Below are positions 28,454 through 32,000 of a stretch of DNA of 32,000 nucleotides, in pieces. Every line of letters begins with the position of its first letter. The stretch's first letter is position 1. A program made the position numbers and the translations under genes. Source of the DNA: Telmatocola sphagniphila (GTDB lineage: Bacteria > Planctomycetota > Planctomycetia > Gemmatales > Gemmataceae); the NCBI RefSeq assembly GCF_018398935.1, contig NZ_CP074694.1:6210001-6242000 (forward strand), in the 5' to 3' direction. Below the pieces are notes generated by a model. The model saw nothing but the letters and a program-made list of their open reading frames with translations, was not told where the DNA came from and searched no databases.

Positions 28454-29569
28454 TCAGCGGATTTTCTTGAAAGTTTTGTAATGATCGTCGGTGAAATACG
28501 CGGAGCCATCCGAACCGGTGATCAATCGTTCGACTCCCCGATTAACGCCCTGTCGGAGGGGATTGACATCCCATTCGCGATACTTGATCTTCCGGCCATC
28601 TTTATCCGTGAACGGTAGATGCTTTTCCAGGTTTAAGAAGGTCCGGCCGCCTTCGTAGTTCGGCAGCGCTTCGCCTTTATCGTCGACGTGCTTTAGCACC
28701 GTCATCACTTTATCGGGGACGCCCTGGGGGGCTCTGGCCGGGGCCGGCTTGGCGGAAGGCAGTTTCGATAAGGGGGTGCCGACCGGATTCGATTCGAAGG
28801 TTTCCGCCAGGAAATCTTTGATTAACTGGTGGGCCCGTTTATCCGAATCGGCATCGTACGCCGTGCCCGATTTGGGATCTTTTCCCGCCAGCGGGTTGGT
28901 GAAATCGTGGGCCGCACCGCCGATCCGAAAAACATCCCACTCGAAGCCCGCTTTGCGCATTTCATCTTCAAACTGGCCGATCATCGAAAGGGGAATGGTC
29001 GGATCTTCCGAACCGCAGATGGCAAATACCCAAGGGCCACCTTTTTTCGCCTCCGCGGGGGTGGGAGTCGAGAGGTCGCCATGCACTACGGCAACACTTT
29101 CCACATCAGCGCCGGCCCGAGCCAATTCTAGGGCGGCCGTGCCACCCCAACCGTAACCGACGGCGGCAATCTGTTTGGTGTTCAAATTCGCCTGTTTTTC
29201 GAACGCTTGAAAACCTGCCAGTGTTCGGGCCCGCAGTGCACTACGATCGGCGCCGTTGACTTTCAGACGATTGGCCGCATCTTTATGGTCTTTCGGTGTC
29301 ACCCCTTTTCCATACAGGTCGAGGCTGAAAACGAGATAGCCCATTTTGGCGATTTGCCCGGCCTTTTGACGGGCGATAGAGCTATTGGCTCCCTGTTCGT
29401 GGATGACGATGACACCTGGCTTTTTCCCGGTCCAGGTGTTGTCGTACACCAGTATCCCTTCGAGAGCGGTTCCGCTGTCGGAGTATTCCACGGGTCGGAC
29501 AACGAACTCGGCTTGAACGGTCGTTATCAGACCAGCCCAAACGGCAAAACTGAGAAGCCATTTATTCAT
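28454..29569 (-). CDS. Secreted fusion protein: dienelactone hydrolase-like alpha/beta-hydrolase domain plus a C-terminal barnase/RNase Sa (N1/T1-type) ribonuclease domain
   Basis: The signal peptide starts at the ATG at 29569 (MNKWLLSFAVWAGLITTVQA|EF); an in-frame ATG at 29605 is an alternative. The DLH pattern is GVIVIHEQGANS..., VGYGWGG, ICGSEDPTIP and GAAHDF. The C-terminal roughly 85 aa (ALPNYEGGRTF..KYREWDVNP..NRGVERLITGSDGSAYFTDDHYKTFKKI) align with RNase Sa (FPYSQDGVVF..YHEYTVITP..TRGTRRIICGE..YYTGDHYATFSLI). Confidence 0.8.
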   Translation of the reverse strand: MNKWLLSFAVWAGLITTVQAEFVVRPVEYSDSGTALEGILVYDNTWTGKKPGVIVIHEQGANSSIARQKAGQIAKMGYLVFSLDLYGKGVTPKDHKDAANRLKVNGADRSALRARTLAGFQAFEKQANLNTKQIAAVGYGWGGTAALELARAGADVESVAVVHGDLSTPTPAEAKKGGPWVFAICGSEDPTIPLSMIGQFEDEMRKAGFEWDVFRIGGAAHDFTNPLAGKDPKSGTAYDADSDKRAHQLIKDFLAETFESNPVGTPLSKLPSAKPAPARAPQGVPDKVMTVLKHVDDKGEALPNYEGGRTFLNLEKHLPFTDKDGRKIKYREWDVNPLRQGVNRGVERLITGSDGSAYFTDDHYKTFKKIR

Positions 29570-29646
29570 GATCGCGGCGTCCGAAAAGGATCCAAGACAA
29601 TGCAAATTTATGATATGAAGCGAATTGGAATGTGGTGGATGGGGGC

Positions 29647-29694
29647 GAATTTTCTCGAGTGTTCACGAGAGAATTCAAAAAGTGATTTCTCTCG
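29647..29694 (-). promoter_or_regulatory. Three-segment mutually exclusive hairpin element between the pseudokinase gene and the RNase fusion gene
   Basis: On the plus strand, GAATTTTCTCG (29647-57) pairs with CGAGAGAATTC (29666-76) as 11 bp with one G-U. The central CGAGAGAA (29666-73) can alternatively pair with TTCTCTCG (29687-94) as 8 bp. The function is unknown. Confidence 0.3.
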
Positions 29695-29706
29695 GAATGT
29701 CGCGAT

Positions 29707-32000
29707 CTAGGCCGATTGCTTGATCGTTTCCTTGGCCTGATACTCTTCGACGTTTTCGCGCAACTTCTCCCAGGCATCGCCGCTGATGGGTACGCTTCCG
29801 CCGGCACTATCCAGATCGTCGAGCAACTCCGCGGCACTCTGGTAAAGTTCACGGTTATTCCCGTCGGCCCCGAGACGGCGCAGAATTCGTTGAAGTGATT
29901 CGGGGAATTTCTTACGCCGTTTGTTGAGATCGGCCCACTGCATCGCCACCTGACCCAGAGCGAGCAGATCGCCCTGTTCGGTGGCCTCCGCTGTCGAGCC
30001 GTAGATCCAGTTCGGTTCGCCGAAGCCGTGCACTTTCAGCATGCCATCGGCTGTCAGACAGAAAGATTCGGGCTGAATCCGGCCATGATGCAAACCGACC
30101 TGAGAAGCGGTATATAAGGCGAGCCCCGCCTGGGAAATCAAGCGGAACCAGACACCCGGTGCCGCGGCCAGGGCCGGCCATTCGTCTCCCGGCAATCCCG
30201 TCAGCCACTCTTGAAGCACGGCCGGTCGCCCGGCGATATCCAGCACCTCATAGGTGGCGCGGATGTTCGGATGGGCCAGATCGCGGGCCACCCGGTACCG
30301 TTCCCGATACTCATCGGGGCGGATGGCATCCTGCATTTCGCTCTCGGCCAAATGTCGAAGCAGACAAATGCCTTCCGGACCTTGCGGCCCCGAGCGTCGG
30401 GAATCGGCCAGCCCCTGCGGATCGTAGACCTTGTACTGGGCCTCGCGGGATGTGCCCGGCAACCGGTCGATGACGCGGAAGCGACCCAGTACCAGGCCGT
30501 TGATATTTCCCGCTTCGATCAGAGCCATCTGATAGACGGTGAGGGCGTTGCTGGCGAGAAGAACCTGCCGCAACTGCTTGTTGGAATTCCTCGCCACCGT
30601 CCACAGTGCGTTCAGCGTTTCCGAATCGACCAGATCGTAGGTGCGGAGCATTTCGCCGAGCTTACGATCGCCCGCATCGAGTTCTTCCACTCGAATCGGC
30701 ATTACCTGATCTTCCAGCAACATCGGCAGGATCGAATGATCGTCGAGTTCTTCCGGATCTGAGGCGCGACTCCCGTCGACCAGTTCCCGCAGCTTCTGGC
30801 GGTACCATTCGCGCATATCTTTCAAATGGCGTTCGACATCGCCCCGTTTCTCGGCGATAAACTTTCGTTCCTTTTCGATCTCTTCGCTCTTGTGAGCCAG
30901 TTCGATCGTAGTGACTTCGATGAACGCCTGCTTTTGCGCGCTTTGCGTCTGATTCTGTGCGATCGTCTGCCGCAAACCAGAGAAGCGGCTCTGCCATTCG
31001 AGCAATTGTTGTTTGAAGGAGGCGACCGAGTGCCGATGTTCGGTACGAGCCCGGTTCAGGTTGGCTTCCTGCTGGCGGAGTTTCTCGACTTCACTCGAAA
31101 GTTGATCGCGAATCGCCTGCAGTTCTTCCTGGCTCTGTCGGGCGTAGGAATGCAATTCGGAAAGCTGACCGCGCAACTGATCGCGAACCTGGTTGGTTTT
31201 TTCCAGCGAACCTTGAATGCGCTGTTCGAATTCGGGAATCGAGTTCCGCAATTCGGCGGCGTGACTGGTCAAATCGGTGTGATAGAGACTCAGCTTTTTG
31301 TAAGCTTCGTCGGTCTGCTCGGCCGTCAAACGGCGATCCTGAGACAGGATGGCGCGAACTTCGGCAAGATCGTTCTTCTGTTTCTCGATGGTCGTCTCGG
31401 CCTGACGAAGCAACTCGCTCTGTTGACGGAGCTGTTCGTCCTTTTTGGCCAGTTCGGCGAAGTGGCTTTCCGAGATCTGGCGGGCGGCGATGGCATCGGC
31501 CCGCAGCGATTCCAAAGCGTCGGCCTGTTCCTGAAGCAGTTTGGTCTGATCTTCGAGTTGCTGCGCCTTGTCGCCCAGTTCCTTTTGCTGCTGAGCCAAT
31601 TCATCGGATCGACGGCGCAGCTGTTCCTGCAGTATTCGCCGGGGTTCATCGGCCGATAACAATTCGTTTTCGCGGACCCGAAGCGAAGCGCGATCCTCGT
31701 CGAGCTTGTGTTGAAGTTCGTTCAATTGTGCCGTGCGAGCCTTCCAGAGGGCGGCTTCCTCGGCCAGCTCATCTTTCCGGCGGGCCAACTCCTCTTCCCG
31801 GCGCCGTAGCCCGGTATCCTGATCGGCCAGCTGATCCTGCAAAGCGCGAAGCTGCATCATCGCCTGCCGCATCATTTCGGAGCGTTCCGCGAAGACCTTC
31901 TGACCTTCGCTGACCGAAAGAGTCTGATCCGCCAGCGATTCGCGCAACAGTTCGGCTTCGCGGAGTTTGTCGCGGGCTTCCTTCAGATAAGAGTCCTGCT
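29707..32000 (-). CDS. Coiled-coil protein with a C-terminal Ser/Thr-kinase-like pseudokinase domain (5' end lies beyond the window)
   Basis: The frame stays open to position 32000, and the track start at 31947 is only an internal TTG. About 400 aa are heptad-like and Glu/Gln/Arg/Leu-rich. The kinase-like fold is recognisable (AHPNIRATYEVL, LQEWLTG). Catalytic motifs are replaced: VAxK reads CLLR, HRDxKPxN reads HHGRIQPES, and DFG reads GFG. Confidence 0.75.
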   Translation of the reverse strand, partial: QDSYLKEARDKLREAELLRESLADQTLSVSEGQKVFAERSEMMRQAMMQLRALQDQLADQDTGLRRREEELARRKDELAEEAALWKARTAQLNELQHKLDEDRASLRVRENELLSADEPRRILQEQLRRRSDELAQQQKELGDKAQQLEDQTKLLQEQADALESLRADAIAARQISESHFAELAKKDEQLRQQSELLRQAETTIEKQKNDLAEVRAILSQDRRLTAEQTDEAYKKLSLYHTDLTSHAAELRNSIPEFEQRIQGSLEKTNQVRDQLRGQLSELHSYARQSQEELQAIRDQLSSEVEKLRQQEANLNRARTEHRHSVASFKQQLLEWQSRFSGLRQTIAQNQTQSAQKQAFIEVTTIELAHKSEEIEKERKFIAEKRGDVERHLKDMREWYRQKLRELVDGSRASDPEELDDHSILPMLLEDQVMPIRVEELDAGDRKLGEMLRTYDLVDSETLNALWTVARNSNKQLRQVLLASNALTVYQMALIEAGNINGLVLGRFRVIDRLPGTSREAQYKVYDPQGLADSRRSGPQGPEGICLLRHLAESEMQDAIRPDEYRERYRVARDLAHPNIRATYEVLDIAGRPAVLQEWLTGLPGDEWPALAAAPGVWFRLISQAGLALYTASQVGLHHGRIQPESFCLTADGMLKVHGFGEPNWIYGSTAEATEQGDLLALGQVAMQWADLNKRRKKFPESLQRILRRLGADGNNRELYQSAAELLDDLDSAGGSVPISGDAWEKLRENVEEYQAKETIKQSA

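Overview
By eye this is a chromosomal segment of about 55% GC, most likely from a Planctomycetota/PVC-type bacterium. That placement is an inference from gene content: a PVC-type heme-binding dehydrogenase giant with a DUF1080 module, a YTV-type Cys-rich repeat protein, futalosine-pathway menaquinone genes, and FHA and pseudokinase signalling modules. I call 22 protein-coding genes. I found no rRNA, tRNA, CRISPR array, transposase or integrase. Housekeeping genes (nfo, eno, surE, uvrC, mqnA, mqnC-like) are interleaved with lineage-specific envelope and signalling genes. Six items are most worth a second look. (1) A secreted, extremely Cys/Tyr/Thr/Val-rich protein built from two different repeat arrays, each with an exact 96-nt (32-aa) period. 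(2) A signal-peptide-bearing fusion of a dienelactone-hydrolase-like domain (nucleophile missing) to an apparently intact barnase/RNase Sa-type ribonuclease, followed by a barstar-like gene. (3) Two tandem membrane-anchored paralogs with a pseudopilin-like C-terminus; their 3' ends are far more similar than the rest of the genes, including a 62-nt identical run. (4) A small FHA-like protein with degenerate phosphothreonine-binding residues. (5) A coiled-coil pseudokinase truncated by the window edge. (6) A tightly packed minus-strand gene string joining the RNase/barstar pair to an internally duplicated ABC-2 permease with no ATPase and a DHPS-like pterin-binding protein. All family assignments come from motif recognition by eye; no database search was run.
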